64,000 bases of DNA from Octopus vulgaris (Eukaryota), in contig OX597818.1 of assembly GCA_951406725.2 (NCBI GenBank), positions 135,966,001 through 136,030,000 of the forward strand. Direction: 5' to 3'. Numbering within the stretch: the stretch's first letter is position 1; each line of letters begins with the position of its first letter. Shown in pieces: positions 13,402-25,009 of the stretch. Below the pieces are notes generated by a model. That model saw nothing but the letters and a program-made list of their open reading frames with translations, did no database searches and was not told where the DNA came from. The translations under genes and the position numbers were made by a program.

Positions 13402-13652
13402 TGGCACGTAAAATACACCAATCCGACCGTGGCCGTTGCCAGCCTCGCCTGGCACCTGTACAAGTGGCACATAAAAATCACCCACTACACTCACGGAGTG
13501 GTTGGCGTTAGGAAGGGCATCCAGCTGTAGAAACATTGCCAGATAAGACTGGAGTCTGGTGCAGCCTTCTGGCTTCCCAGATCCCTGGTCGAACCGTCCA
13601 ACCCATGCTAGCATGGAGAACGGACGTTAAACGATTATGATGATGATGATGA
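13402..13652 (+). mobile_element. Family D retroposon
   Basis: Same body and (GAT)n tail; lies between (TA)n and (TATG)n/(TG)n tracts. Confidence 0.88.
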
Positions 13653-13663
13653 GTATGTATGTA

Positions 13664-13719
<56 letters not shown>

Positions 13720-13813
13720 ATGTATGTATGTATGTATGTATGTATGTATGTATGTATGTATTGTTTATCTTTGGATGTAGTCTCATTCATTAATACTTCT
13801 CATTATTAAAAGG

Positions 13814-14118
13814 GTGGAGGTACATGGCCTAGTGGTTAGAGCAACGGACTCATGGTCGAGGGATCGTGGGTTTGAATCTCAGACTGGGCGATGTGTGTGT
13901 TTATGAGCGAAACACCTAAACTCCACGTTGCTCTGGCAGAAGGTAATGGCGAACTTCTGCTGACTCTTTCACCACAACTTTCTCTCACTCTTTCCTCCTG
14001 CATCATGCAGCTCACCTGCGTTCCGTCCAGGTGGGGAAGGTGGGGAACCTATATGCCAAGGAAACCGGGAAACCGGCCCTATGAGCCAGGCATGGCTCGA
14101 GAAGGAACAAAACAAAAC
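13814..14118 (+). mobile_element. tRNA-derived SINE sharing its 5' half with family A but with a different 3' half
   Basis: Head and GAGCGAAACACCTAAA...CTCTTTCACCACAACTTTCTCTCACTC shared with A, then an unrelated tail ending (AAAAC)n; TSD ATTAAAAGGG. Confidence 0.82.
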
Positions 14119-14725
14119 ATTAAAAGGGGAACTTTGTAATAGTGGCTTTTCAGATAAAATACAATACAAAACCTGAATATTCAATGACATACATAATCCA
14201 GAATATAGTCTAAATACCCTGTCCATATGTACATGATAATTTTCATTCAAATCGGAATTGTTTCAGTGAGAAATTATTGATATTATTTCAAAATGATAAG
14301 GATTTGAAGGATTTTGCAGAAATACTAAGTTTCTGTAGGCAACCTTTGAGGTTCTTATCAGTTTATGTGTCTCCAAATTGCTGAATGAAGCAACAAAATT
14401 CACAAAATTAGGAACATGCCATTTTTTATCTTCACTTTGGATTGTTATATTTTATACACATGCATTATAAAAATAAATATAGGAAAGACATCTGGTGCAT
14501 TTTGGAAAAACAAGTAAGGAGTCTATATCCTCTACCATCATCACTATAAGAACTGGAGACAGCTTTAGCAGAAGAATAGACAAAAATTCCATTGGAAACA
14601 ATTCCAACTTTGTATGAGTGCATACCTCATAGAATTCAAGCTGTAATTACTGCCAAAGGTGGTCCTACCCCACATTAAAATAAATTTGTTTGAAATTTTG
14701 AGGTGTTTATATATATATATATATA

Positions 14726-15240
14726 TGGCTGCCCCCTCGTTATCAAGTATGGCCATTGCACGAAGCTTAATTGTTACTGGTGCTGTGATCGAATGTGACT
14801 TTTTAGCCCGGCTAAAGATCTACAATGTCTTGTACAAAATTGGCAACTAAAACCTTTACCGGTAATAGCCGGCTGTAGTTGTAACTGGGCTTCATGTACC
14901 TTTGCATGTCGTTTAAGTCCTCCTGCCGAATTATACTCTCTTCCACATGCCCGACAGATATGATTAGTATGGTGTGTTACACCACCACCAGTGGCCAGGT
15001 TGTCACTCATCTGTCTCGTTTTATGACTACGAAGATGACTCATGAGTCCAGCTTTACTGAGGCAGGGTCTTGCACAGACATTGCATGTCAGAATCAAAGG
15101 AAGACCCTTCCCTTCTGGAAGTGTAACAGCGATGCCCTTCCTGACATCCCTCCTTACTTTCTCATGTGCAACTCGAGATTTCTCAAACGTGGCTGTCCCC
15201 TCATGCACAATCCTTCTCCACCTGCTACGATCAATAGCTA

Positions 15241-15243
<3 letters not shown>
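14726..15243 (-). mobile_element. 5'-truncated RTE-clade LINE 3' end encoding three C2H2 zinc fingers (reading frame 14774-15243)
   Basis: IAIDRSRWRRIVHEGTATFEKSR is the typical RTE C-terminal motif. It is followed by CNVC..HLRSH, CRAC..HAKVH and CQFC..HIRSQH, a stop and a ~50-nt 3' UTR. (TA)n on both sides. Confidence 0.85.
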
Positions 15244-15303
<60 letters not shown>

Positions 15304-15852
15304 CATACACACATATACTCACGCATGTGTGTGTGTGTGTGTTGCAACACAGTGCAAATCAGAAGAATTCAAATAAATTAAAATACCATTGTCTCCTTAT
15401 GGGTTAAATAAGAACTGAAACACACTCTTCCTATAACATACACACACATATATGTGTGTGTGTGCATATATCTTTTCTGAATTTATATTGGTGTAGTAGT
15501 AAAATTGTAAAAAACGGTGCTTAGCTAAAAGTCCTTTGCATTGAGTTAGACATGCTCTTCTAACTTTGATAATTAGAAGAACAGTGAACTAATGATTGTC
15601 CCACTAACCAATGGTGTTATTGTTCACAAATTGTGATGATGCTCACACGCATGCATGTGCCCCCCGCCCCTCCAATATTCTCTTGATAAAATGTTTGGCA
15701 TTAGGAAAAGCACCCAATCATAGTAAACATTTCCAAAAGAATATATATGTGAGATATGGCACTTATCTAGGAGGACAGCTTATTTGAAGAACTGAATTGG
15801 ATTATGATGACATATCCATTTCATCCTAGTATGGAGAACAGACCTTAAAATG

Positions 15853-15867
15853 ATTATGATGATGATA

Positions 15868-15911
<44 letters not shown>

Positions 15912-15938
15912 AATGATGATGATGATGATGATGATGAT
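15853..15938. repeat. (GAT)n microsatellite, probably the expanded tail of a decayed family D copy (~15680-15850)
   Basis: Direct reading; upstream TTGGCATTAGGAAAAGCACCC and CTAGTATGGAGAACAGACCTTAAA resemble D. Confidence 0.85.
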
Positions 15939-17028
15939 GGCAATATATGTCTGTGTCCATATTTGTGATTATATTTTATCAGTCTAAAATCCATTGTTGT
16001 ATCACTTCACAATTCATAACATTAAGCAATTCAATAGAGACTAATGAAATAGGTACCAGACAAAAATAAGTACTTTTATAGCTGCAATTGAATGACCGAA
16101 ACCAGGAAGATGTTTTCCACAATTTTCTTTTGCTGTTTAGTTATTATAGTTAATGATAGGAGCTAACAACAGAGTCTATGTACCATTTTGTCTCTAATGA
16201 GAAGTGGGAATGTGACCACATCTGTCATCCCAACTCAACTTTATACTTGCTCTTGGTAACATTATGCTTCTTCAGACCTACTGATAGCTGACAGAATTCT
16301 TCATCAGATTTTGGACCATAAAATAATAAAAGATCATATCACTACAGCATCTAGTTTCATTGGCTTACAGTCAGTAACATCATAGCAGATGGTAACAAGA
16401 ATACAGAGAAAAGTTGAAAGTATCAAATAACTGTTTCCTTCACTCTTTTGTCAAATATATTTGTGGTGAACACTATTAGAGTAAAATTGGGCACAGACGT
16501 GGCTGAATAGTTAATTATTTTATATTGCAATTATGAAGTGCTGAGTTTGATCTCTGCATAGCATCTTGAGTTAATGTTTTCTGCTATAACCTCAAGTCAA
16601 CCTAATCTTTGTAAGTGAAATTGGGTGCATAGAAACTATGTGGAAGCCTGTTGAACAAATCATACATGTAATTCAAAAGAGCCAGCCTTGTCACAGTGTT
16701 ACAGTCACTTTACCTGATTATGTTATGGGTACATGTGTATGTGGAATACTCAGTCACTTGCTTTATAATACAATGAGAAATTTCTACTGATCAAAAGATT
16801 GGAATATTCAGTATCGAAACCAATGCAAGATTTTGAAGGCTTATGGTGATTTGATTTCAAGAACTAGTTTTTTAATTCCAGGTTGAATAGGCTGTGTGAA
16901 TGAAGAAAGTATTTTACTCTGTTTTGCCAGTTACCTTCATAAGACTCAATCAAGCCTTGTGTTATTAAAAAAAACAAAAACAAAACAAAAAGAAGTTTAT
17001 TTATGTAGGATAGTATAAATGACTATAA

Positions 17029-17243
17029 TCTTTTCTACTCTAGGCTCAAGTCTTGAAATTTTTGGGGAGGGCAGGCAGTCAATTAGATCGACTCCAGTAT
17101 GCAACCGATACTTAACTTATCAACCCCAAAAGGATGAAAGGTAAAGTCGACCTCGGCAGAATTTGAACTCAGAATGTAAAGACAGACAAAATACCACTAA
17201 GCATTTCGCCTGGCATGCTAACGATTCTGCCAACTTGTTGCCT
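17029..17243 (-). mobile_element. SINE family B variant (alternative tail)
   Basis: B head and core with tail ...CCTAGAGTAGAAAAGA; imperfect TSD TATAAATG(A/G)CTATAAT. Confidence 0.85.
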
Positions 17244-17495
17244 TATAAATGGCTATAATAGTAGAACTTGAACAAAATTAATTTCAGTATCTAATTTCTC
17301 CCATATTCATTTTGAGTTTTGGGTTGGGTTTTCTAGTGATCTCTCCAAGCCCCACACCAAATTACATGTAAATACACTGAGATTGATGTAATCTAATATG
17401 CTCACTCCTTTCAATAACTGACCTAACTAATATGTCAAATATTGTATCTATGTAAATTATAATTATTCCTTTTATAGAACAATTATTTGTTAGAT

Positions 17496-17812
17496 GGGCA
17501 CAGGCATGGCTGTGTGGTAAGAAGTTTGCTTCTCAACCATATGGTTCCAGGTTCAATTTCACTGCATGGTACCTAGGGTATGTATCTTCTTCTATAGTCC
17601 CAGGCTGACCAAAGTCTTGTGAGTGGATTTGGTAGATGGAAACTGAAATATATATGTGTGTGTTTGGTTTGTTTACATCCCTGTAAAGAAGAGATCAGAA
17701 TAAGTGCCAGGCTTTAAAAAATACTGGAGGCGATTTGTTCAACTAAAACCTTTGAAGGTGGTGCTCCAGCATGGTTGCAGTCTAATGACTGACACAAATA
17801 AAAGATAAAAGA
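17496..17812 (+). mobile_element. Diverged SINE family C
   Basis: GGCATGGCTGTGTGGTAAGAAG head through GGTGCTCCAGCATGG and a ...AAAAGATAAAAGAT tail, with internal deletions. Confidence 0.8.
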
Positions 17813-18106
17813 TACACAAAGCCACATATCTAGGAGGAAGAAACCGTTGATTAAATCAATTCAGTATTTGATTTGTATTTTGATCTATAGACTCTAGAAA
17901 GATGAAAGATTAAGTCTACCTCATCAAATTTTGAACTCAAGAATATAAAACATTTTGTTCACTGCTCTACTAATTCTGCCATCTACTAACCTTTCATAAA
18001 ACAAATGTTAATAACAAGAGTCTTTACATTCTGGAAATAATCATAAAAAATAGCTAATGTTGCTGTCATAAATTCATGTAAATCTTAATGAAGTCTTTAT
18101 TAACAA

Positions 18107-18503
18107 CTAGCAGTATCGCCCGGCGTTGCTCGGGTTTGTAAGGGAAATAACTATATAAGCATTTTTAGAGAGTTATAGCCAAAAAATAGCAAAAAATGCA
18201 TTAAAAATGGGAAAAAAATTATGGTAAATTTTTTTAAAAATCGTTGACTCATCGTAGACATTTTTAGAGAGTTACTTCCCTTATATAATAGCGAAAAAAT
18301 GCATTAAAATGGAAAAAAATGATGGTAAATTTTTTTTTAAATCGTAGACTCATCATAGATGTGTGCTAATACCCAGAAGGGCTCGATATGAATCACAACT
18401 ATAAGATACCCGGTTTTGGTTAAACTGCACCGCAAAATGTGGGAGTAGTTAGGAATCTAAATCGTAGGAGACAGACGCACAACCTCACTTTTATATATAA
18501 AGA
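18107..18503 (-). mobile_element. Non-autonomous Helitron (~400 bp)
   Basis: Minus strand reads A|TCTTTATATATAAAAG ... CCCGAGCAACGCCGGG (hairpin) CGATACTG CTAG|T. This gives 5'-TC, 3'-CTAG, a subterminal hairpin, an A/T target and no TSD. Internal ~100-bp tandem sub-repeat. Confidence 0.9.
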
Positions 18504-18787
18504 TGTGCCTTGAAGAGAATTTAGTTGTAAATAATAGCTTATAATACATTGAATTTAAAATTCCTTTGATAGTAAAAAGGCAAAAATCTACCTGTAAGAC
18601 ATGAATCACATATCTTCTGTAACTCAGAATTATAGCTGAATCCACTTTGAGAATAATTCATTAATAAAGATTTATTTACATATTTCTCAATGCTTCTATG
18701 TTTGCATATTAAATGTAAGTAAATCTTAATTATTTCATTTATTTGAAAATAACAATTAAGAAGGAAAATATTAATGTTTCAACTTAC

Positions 18788-18960
18788 CAAAAAATTAAAA
18801 CCTTATTAGGTATTAAAAGGTTCATAAATCCTTCAGAGTGCAAAGAAAATGTTCAGAATAAGAAAACCATTCCAGTCAAATAAAAATCCTTTTTTAAAAT
18901 TTAGAATGTTGGTTTCAATTTAAATAATTTAATCAAGGTAATATCCAGGATTATATGCAC
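18788..18960 (-). other. Putative non-coding (5' UTR) exon of a minus-strand gene, 173 nt
   Basis: Acceptor CTTTTTTTTCATTGCAG|G at 18961/18960 and donor TTG|GTAAGT at 18788/18787; stops in all three frames. Signals only, no transcript evidence. Confidence 0.45.
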
Positions 18961-19158
18961 CTGCAATGAAAAAAAAGTACATGACCATTAATTATTTTAA
19001 AAATTTAGATCTTTTTATGAAATTAAGTATTTATCACAATAATATTTGATGTAGTGGAGATAGGAAATCACTAATATTGAACTTAATTTAAGCTTTCACC
19101 TACGGCAGTTATCCATCATCATAATGTAAGTTACCAGTAAGAAAGGTAACCAGCCATA

Positions 19159-19387
19159 CCTATTTCTTTATTACCCACAAGGGGCTAAACACAGAGGGAA
19201 CAAACAGGAACAGACATATGTATGAAGTCGATTACATCGACCCCAGTTCATAACTGGTACTTAATTTATCGACCCCGAAAGGATGAAAGGCAAAGTCGAC
19301 CTCGGCGGAATTTGAACTCACAACGTAACGCAGACGAAATACCGCTAAGCATTTCGCCCGGCGTGCTAACGTTTCTGCCAGCTCGCC
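19159..19387 (-). mobile_element. SINE family B
   Basis: Full-length match to the B consensus; TSD GCCATACC. Confidence 0.92.
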
Positions 19388-19831
19388 ATACCACCAACTA
19401 TTTCAAAAGCAAATGACCACAAACTTTTGAGTGTGTGTGTGTAGGGGGAAGAGGGGAGGGAGAAAGAAAGAGTGGAGGAAGAGAGAGAGGGAGAGAATGA
19501 AGAAAAGATCTATTTAATGAGTGTGTAAGAAGCATGATGCTGTGTGGAGATAAAATGTTTAACGAGTAGAGAAATAGTTCAGTAACTGTATATATATATA
19601 CAATAGCAAACACTTTTAGCCTGTTATTGGCGTATCATTTACATACATGTATGTATTATATATTTTAGTATTAGGTATAATACTTATAAATAACGGAGAT
19701 GTACTTGCATAGCAAGTGATTTGATCTGAGATTGTGTGCTGAAACGAAAACAATTGCAGTGTGGAAGGTGTTTGTAAGCCATTTAAGAAACACACAAAAG
19801 CCGTTCGATTCACTTCAACATTTAAGTTTAA

Positions 19832-19882
19832 TTTGTCAAAATATTTTCGTCGCTTTAAGACCGCGACCTGTTCACTGACAAA
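19832..19882 (-). ncRNA. Minimal type I hammerhead ribozyme fold, G3-C8 core variant
   Basis: Minus strand: TTTGTCA GTGAACA G GTCGC ggtcttaaa GCGAC GAAA ATAT T T TGACAAA. Stem I 7 bp, stem II 5 bp, palindromic stem III AATATT. Confidence 0.7.
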
Positions 19883-19899
19883 AATCTGTGCTGCGGATT

Positions 19900-19949
19900 T
19901 TTGTCAGTGAACAGGTCGTGGATTTTAGCGACGAAAATATTTTGACAAA
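19900..19949 (+). ncRNA. Minimal type I hammerhead ribozyme fold, G3-C8 core variant (second copy)
   Basis: TTTGTCA GTGAACA G GTCGT ggatttta GCGAC GAAA ATAT T T TGACAAA; stem II retained with one G-U pair. Confidence 0.68.
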
Positions 19950-21228
19950 TTAAACTTAAAAATGTTGAAGTGAATCGAACGACTTTTGTGTGTTTCTTAA
20001 ATGGCTTACAAACACCTTCCACTTATAAATAAGCATTTTATAAACATGAAGGAAATTTTTTTCTTCTCAAAGTCCATTACATGATACCTAAAATCTAGTA
20101 GCATGTCCCCTAAAAATTCATGACATATCACAGCTGTCATACAAGTTATATAGGTTCACAATCACTGAATTATAAGTTCTGCACGGCCAATTTATGAGGA
20201 AGGTTGAATGCAAGTGAGTGATTTGATAAATCCATTTGCATATACAGAGTTTATAGAGAAGAATCATATGTGTTAGGTAAATGTGATGGAAGGTACAGAA
20301 GAAGATCAAAGTGGAAGAGATACTTTAATCTATACTCACTTCCAGTAAACATTCTACAATTGACTTTCTCTGCAATCCCCTGTCTCTTTTATATGGATTT
20401 TATGAAGTATATTATTTTGATTGTGAATACTTAACCTACTTGATTATTTCTGTTTCCTAATTCATACTTATCTCCGTCACAACCTTTATCACTTATGTCA
20501 TTTATTACTTAGAACATCTATCGCTTATACAGACACTTATTATTGGTCACCATCTGTCTAAAGAGATGACGGAAATCCCTTTTTTCTTCTTCTCCTTTCT
20601 CCCTTCCTCTTTCCACTTCACACCCACTTATCTCAGCATCAACCAACCTATTGACTTTAATTTTCATATCTTGGGATTGTCTCAAATTAGTTAATTGCTC
20701 ACATCCACTCATCTAGCAATTTTCATACTACTACTACTACTACTACTACAACAACAACAACTACTACTACTACCACCACCACCTCCCACTACCACCACCT
20801 CCCACTACCACAACCACCACCACCACTACAACAACAACGATATTATTCTTCAACATAGACAAGCAACAGGTGACTCAAATTCAACTAACTTTCTGTCTGT
20901 ATTGATCTGTGCACGTGTGTTATCAAAACAACTCATCAACAACAAAAATAGCACAAGAAATTATTGGAGTAAACCTTATTTCCCTTTTAGAATATATTGG
21001 GAAATTAGAACATGGTCATAATAGGTCATTTGGTACAACTGGAAATTTTGCCTTACAGATCTCCTGCTACTGTAGTGAGCTATACTATTCCATAGTACTT
21101 CATGTCATTATTCTAACCTTGACAATGCAGAACTATGATTAAAGGCATGTCTAGCTGTGACCATCATGTCTATTTTTTTCAGACAGTGTATCTAGGATTA
21201 CATTATCCAATATATCCTACTTTTTTAA

Positions 21229-21437
21229 CCCTTTAGTATTTAAACTGGCCATATCCGGCCAAAATAGTTAATCTGTTTTATGTTCAAACTGACCAGATCC
21301 AGGCTCTCACACCTACCCTACAATGTTATTCTACATTAAGTAATTACACCATCAAGATCTTGAAGATATGAGAAAATGCATGATTAATTCAAATCAATAG
21401 GCATTATGTTTGATAGAATAATCTGAACACTAAAGGG
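21229..21437 (-). mobile_element. piggyBac-type MITE (short internal deletion)
   Basis: TTAA-CCCTTTAGT...ACTAAAGGG-TTAA; inserted within a family H repeat. Confidence 0.9.
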
Positions 21438-21646
21438 TTAAAGACAATGTTGGTTATTTGGCCTCTATTTCTTGCAGGGTGAGCAACTGCATAGAGGATC
21501 TCTTGTTTGTTTATCATTATTATTTTTATTGGTGGTAGCTCTTTGTAGCTGAGAAAGATTTCCTCCTAGTATGTGATGAATTTAATATGCAACGGGCTGT
21601 TGTTCACACTAACCATGACAAGCAGCAGCATGCCATGTAAAATTTT

Positions 21647-21962
21647 AAAAATCCAGATCCCATTTCCATGTGTTACTTGAAGAATATTTAAAAACCCTAA
21701 GAGGTAGTAGTAACCCTTTCATTAAAGGGACATTGATACACAATGCCTGAGTATCAAATTTGTCACATTTTAGTTTAATTTATTTGGAACCACCACAATT
21801 ATTTTATAATAATTGTGGTGGTGCTGGTAAATTAAACTAAAATGTGACAAATTTGATACTCAGGCCTGTGTATCAATGTCCCTTTAATGAAAGGGTTACT
21901 ACTGCCACTTAGGGTTTTTAAATATTCTTCAAGTAACACATGGAAATGGGATCTGGATTTTT
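21647..21962. repeat. Near-perfect ~316-bp palindrome
   Basis: AAAAATCCAGATCCCATTTCC... mirrored by ...GGAAATGGGATCTGGATTTTT; centre CCACCACAATTATTTTATAATAATTGTGGTGG near 21805. Confidence 0.92.
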
Positions 21963-23957
21963 TAATTGTTTGATAGTCAAGTTTGGTTTACACTATTTGA
22001 TCAATTTCTGGATAAGGTGAAGAATTTCCTTAATAAAATAGATTATGGACAGTGACTTTTGAATCCACTGAATGATATTTTAAAGTTTTAAGATAATTTT
22101 TTAAAATTGAATATGCTTAATATTAAATGTAAAATGTGATTCTTTCATATCATGCAAAAATTAATTAACTAAACTTTCACTAAATTAATTAACTAAATTT
22201 TATATTGCAGACTTATCCAATGATAGTGACGATGGCTTAATAATTTTATTAAAGGCACAGATGACTGGCTGTTATGTTTGAATTATTGTTTATGAATAAT
22301 TAGAGCAATGTTTAACATTATGAATGACTAAGCATATGGATTCAGAAAAAAACGAAAAGAAAAAAAGGCTTTCACTCTATCCCTTATTGCATACTTGCAA
22401 TATTGATAAATTTTTTAACTTAGTAGTTGAATTTGATGTTTTCGAGTTGGATGTGTTTGAAAAAGCTTTTATAAAACAAAATCAGGGAAATTTGTCAATA
22501 TACAAAGAGAGAAAAAAAAAATAATAGTCATCTTTGTTCTGACTTTATGAATAGCTGCATCATAATCTGCTTTGAAGTTTTCTGTTTGAATTAATTTGCT
22601 TCCTTACTTCAAAGGAATAAAAAAATCAAGAAACTTCCTAAAGGTAGAAATATCAATGCTAAAATCCAAGTAGAAAGTCATCATAGCTAATTGATAAACA
22701 TATAAAAAATGTAACATAGCCTTAAAGTAATAGGCTACAGAGGAGTTTACTGTACTGAGTGCAAGATAAATAATTAATAAATCTCCTGTAGGATTACTAT
22801 AATACTATATTAATCATTGTTCAATCAACTAGATCCAAGCTTAATTAATTAGCTTTAACTAATTTCCACCTACAATTTAGAATATTTAGACATTTGTATC
22901 AATACTTTATGTCTCATCCAGAAGGTATAATTGATATGGTGTCAATTCAAATTGAGATCCTTTGTTATGACAGACACTGTTGATGTTGAATTCATTTCAC
23001 AGGCAACCAAGAATTTTAAAACAAGCTGTTACTATGTAAACTTAATAGGAAAATGATGAAGAAATTATAACAACAACACTATTTGATGGGTAAAAATCTA
23101 GAGGTTTTCTTCATCCGCTAGAAAATAGTAATCGTCATTTCACGTTTGCTGTTCAATAATGGCAAGAGCTGAATGAGTGTTCTGAGGCAGTGTTTTATGG
23201 TCGTATACAGTAACCAGTAGAATATACAGTTAAATGGAAGTTATCAATACAAAATAATATTGGTAGAACATATTGATGATGTGTAAGAAGATGCCAATGT
23301 TTTTTTTTCCTACAAAAGTAATGGCTTTTGCCTGTTTTAAGCACATTATTCTTTTTGGCAACAAGACAACTTCAGATAGATTGTCATGTTACAAATGAAA
23401 TGAAGCAAAAATAATATGGTATAAGTCTTGAAAACAAACTAAAGTGAAGGAAGCTTAGAAAATATCTCCAAAATGAGAGAAAATTAGTCCCTACAGGCAA
23501 CAGATGAGGCTGAAATAGTATCATTATCATCATCATCATCATCATCGGAAGTAAAAAATTTTTAATCATAATAAGAAAATATATCTTTCATCAGAGATTA
23601 TGTACAGAACATGTTTTCAGCGAACTGAAGGTTTATTAATGGAATGAAATCACATTATGAGGATGGCATATCTATCTCAAAGACATTAACGTAATTTACA
23701 GTGACACTGGCAAAATATATCTGTTATGGGTTTAATATACCTCTAAATTTCAACTGTTCTGCAGTTGACTATTAATACTTTTGAAGAAAATGGTCTACAA
23801 TAAATGATAAACACATTCATTTAAAAATAAAGAACACATTTGCCCTTTAATATATTAAAATTAATATATAAATATAAAGGAAAATTACTTGAATTGTTCT
23901 ATTTTGCCATCAAATAAAAAATGGATGAGTTATTGTGTTAATCTATAAGTGATCAAA

Positions 23958-24189
23958 AGGCAGCGAGCTGGCAGAAACGTTAGCACGCCGGGTGAAATGC
24001 GTAGCCGTTTTTCGTCTGTCGTTACGTTCCAAGTTCAAATTTCGCTGAGGTCGACATTGCCTTTCATCCTTTCGGGGTCGATAAATTAAGTACCAGTTAC
24101 GCACTGGGGTCGATCTAATCGACTTAATCCGTTTGTCTGTCCTTGTTTGTCCCCTCTGTGTTTAGCCCCTTGTGGGTAGTAAAGAAATA
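23958..24189 (+). mobile_element. SINE family B
   Basis: Full-length match to the B consensus. Confidence 0.92.
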
Positions 24190-24216
24190 TATAAGTGTTC
24201 AATATTTCGATAGAAA

Positions 24217-24700
24217 ATCATCATCATTGTTTAACATCCATTTTCCATGTTGGCATGGGTTGGACAGTTTGAGGTCTAAAGAGCCAGCAGTTGCACCAGG
24301 CTTCAATCTGATCTGGCAATGTTTCTACAGCTGGATGCCCTTCCTAACGCCAACCACTCTGGGAGTGTAGTGGGTGCTTTTTATGTGCCACCGGCACAGG
24401 AGCCAGTCAGGCTGGCCTGGCATCAATCGCGTTCAAATAGTGCTTTTTACGTGCCACCAGCACAGGGGCCAGTCAGGGTGTAGTGGTATCGACCATGTTC
24501 GGATGGTGCTGTTTATGTGCCACTGGCATGGGAGCCAGTCAGGGGGTACTGGCATCGGCCACGTTTGGATAGTACTTTTTATGTGCCACCGGTACGAGAA
24601 CCAGTCAGGTGGACCTGGCATAGACCACGTTCGGATGGTGCTTTTTATGATGGCACGGAAACCAGTCAGGGGGGCACTGGCCACAGACACTGTACTTTTG
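24217..24700 (-). mobile_element. Family D retroposon with ~5 tandem 66-bp units
   Basis: GTGCTTTTTA(T/C)GTGCCACC-like anchor recurs at 24374, 24440, 24506, 24572 and 24638 (period 66). Confidence 0.88.
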
Positions 24701-25009
24701 ATACTGAAATAACAAAGTTTCTCTTTACAAGTACTTCTTTGTTCTACTACTTTAAGGTCAAGTGTATAACAATATATGCATTAAGCACCCATCTAATGAA
24801 ATGTCACTTATCTATATACACAATTTCAGACAGATTCTTAGATGGTACTTTAAACGGTTAAGTGGAAATAATATCTGTTGGAACTGAATATATATTTTAT
24901 TACCTGGATTTCTCCCAGTAGTCTTATTTTATAGGAAGGAACGAATTTGATAATCAATTTTTTTTCCTAAGAAACATCACACTGAAATAACAAGCTGACA
25001 GTTTATGTA

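Larger units (their letters stand above)
19694..20020. mobile_element. Small inverted-repeat element (Penelope-like pLTR/retrozyme-like) with 12-bp TSD
   Basis: Arms of ~125 bp spanning 19761-20022; ACTTATAAATAA repeated at 19682-19693 and 20021-20032; each arm carries a hammerhead-like fold. Confidence 0.8.

Noticed and set aside
14774-15322. Calling the 182-aa ORF a host C2H2-ZNF gene
   Set aside because: Its N-terminus is (TA)n read-through, it lacks TGEKP linkers and it carries the RTE DRSRWR...FE motif and a LINE-type 3' end.
22195-22280. Plus-strand acceptor TTTTATATTGCAG followed by a short frame (LSNDSDDGL...)
   Set aside because: Only ~23 codons, no partner exons on plus and no recognisable homology.
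24374-24700. CRISPR-like regular repeat spacing (66-bp period)
   Set aside because: The intervening sequences are homologous to one another (whole-unit tandem repeat), the context is eukaryotic and there are no cas genes.
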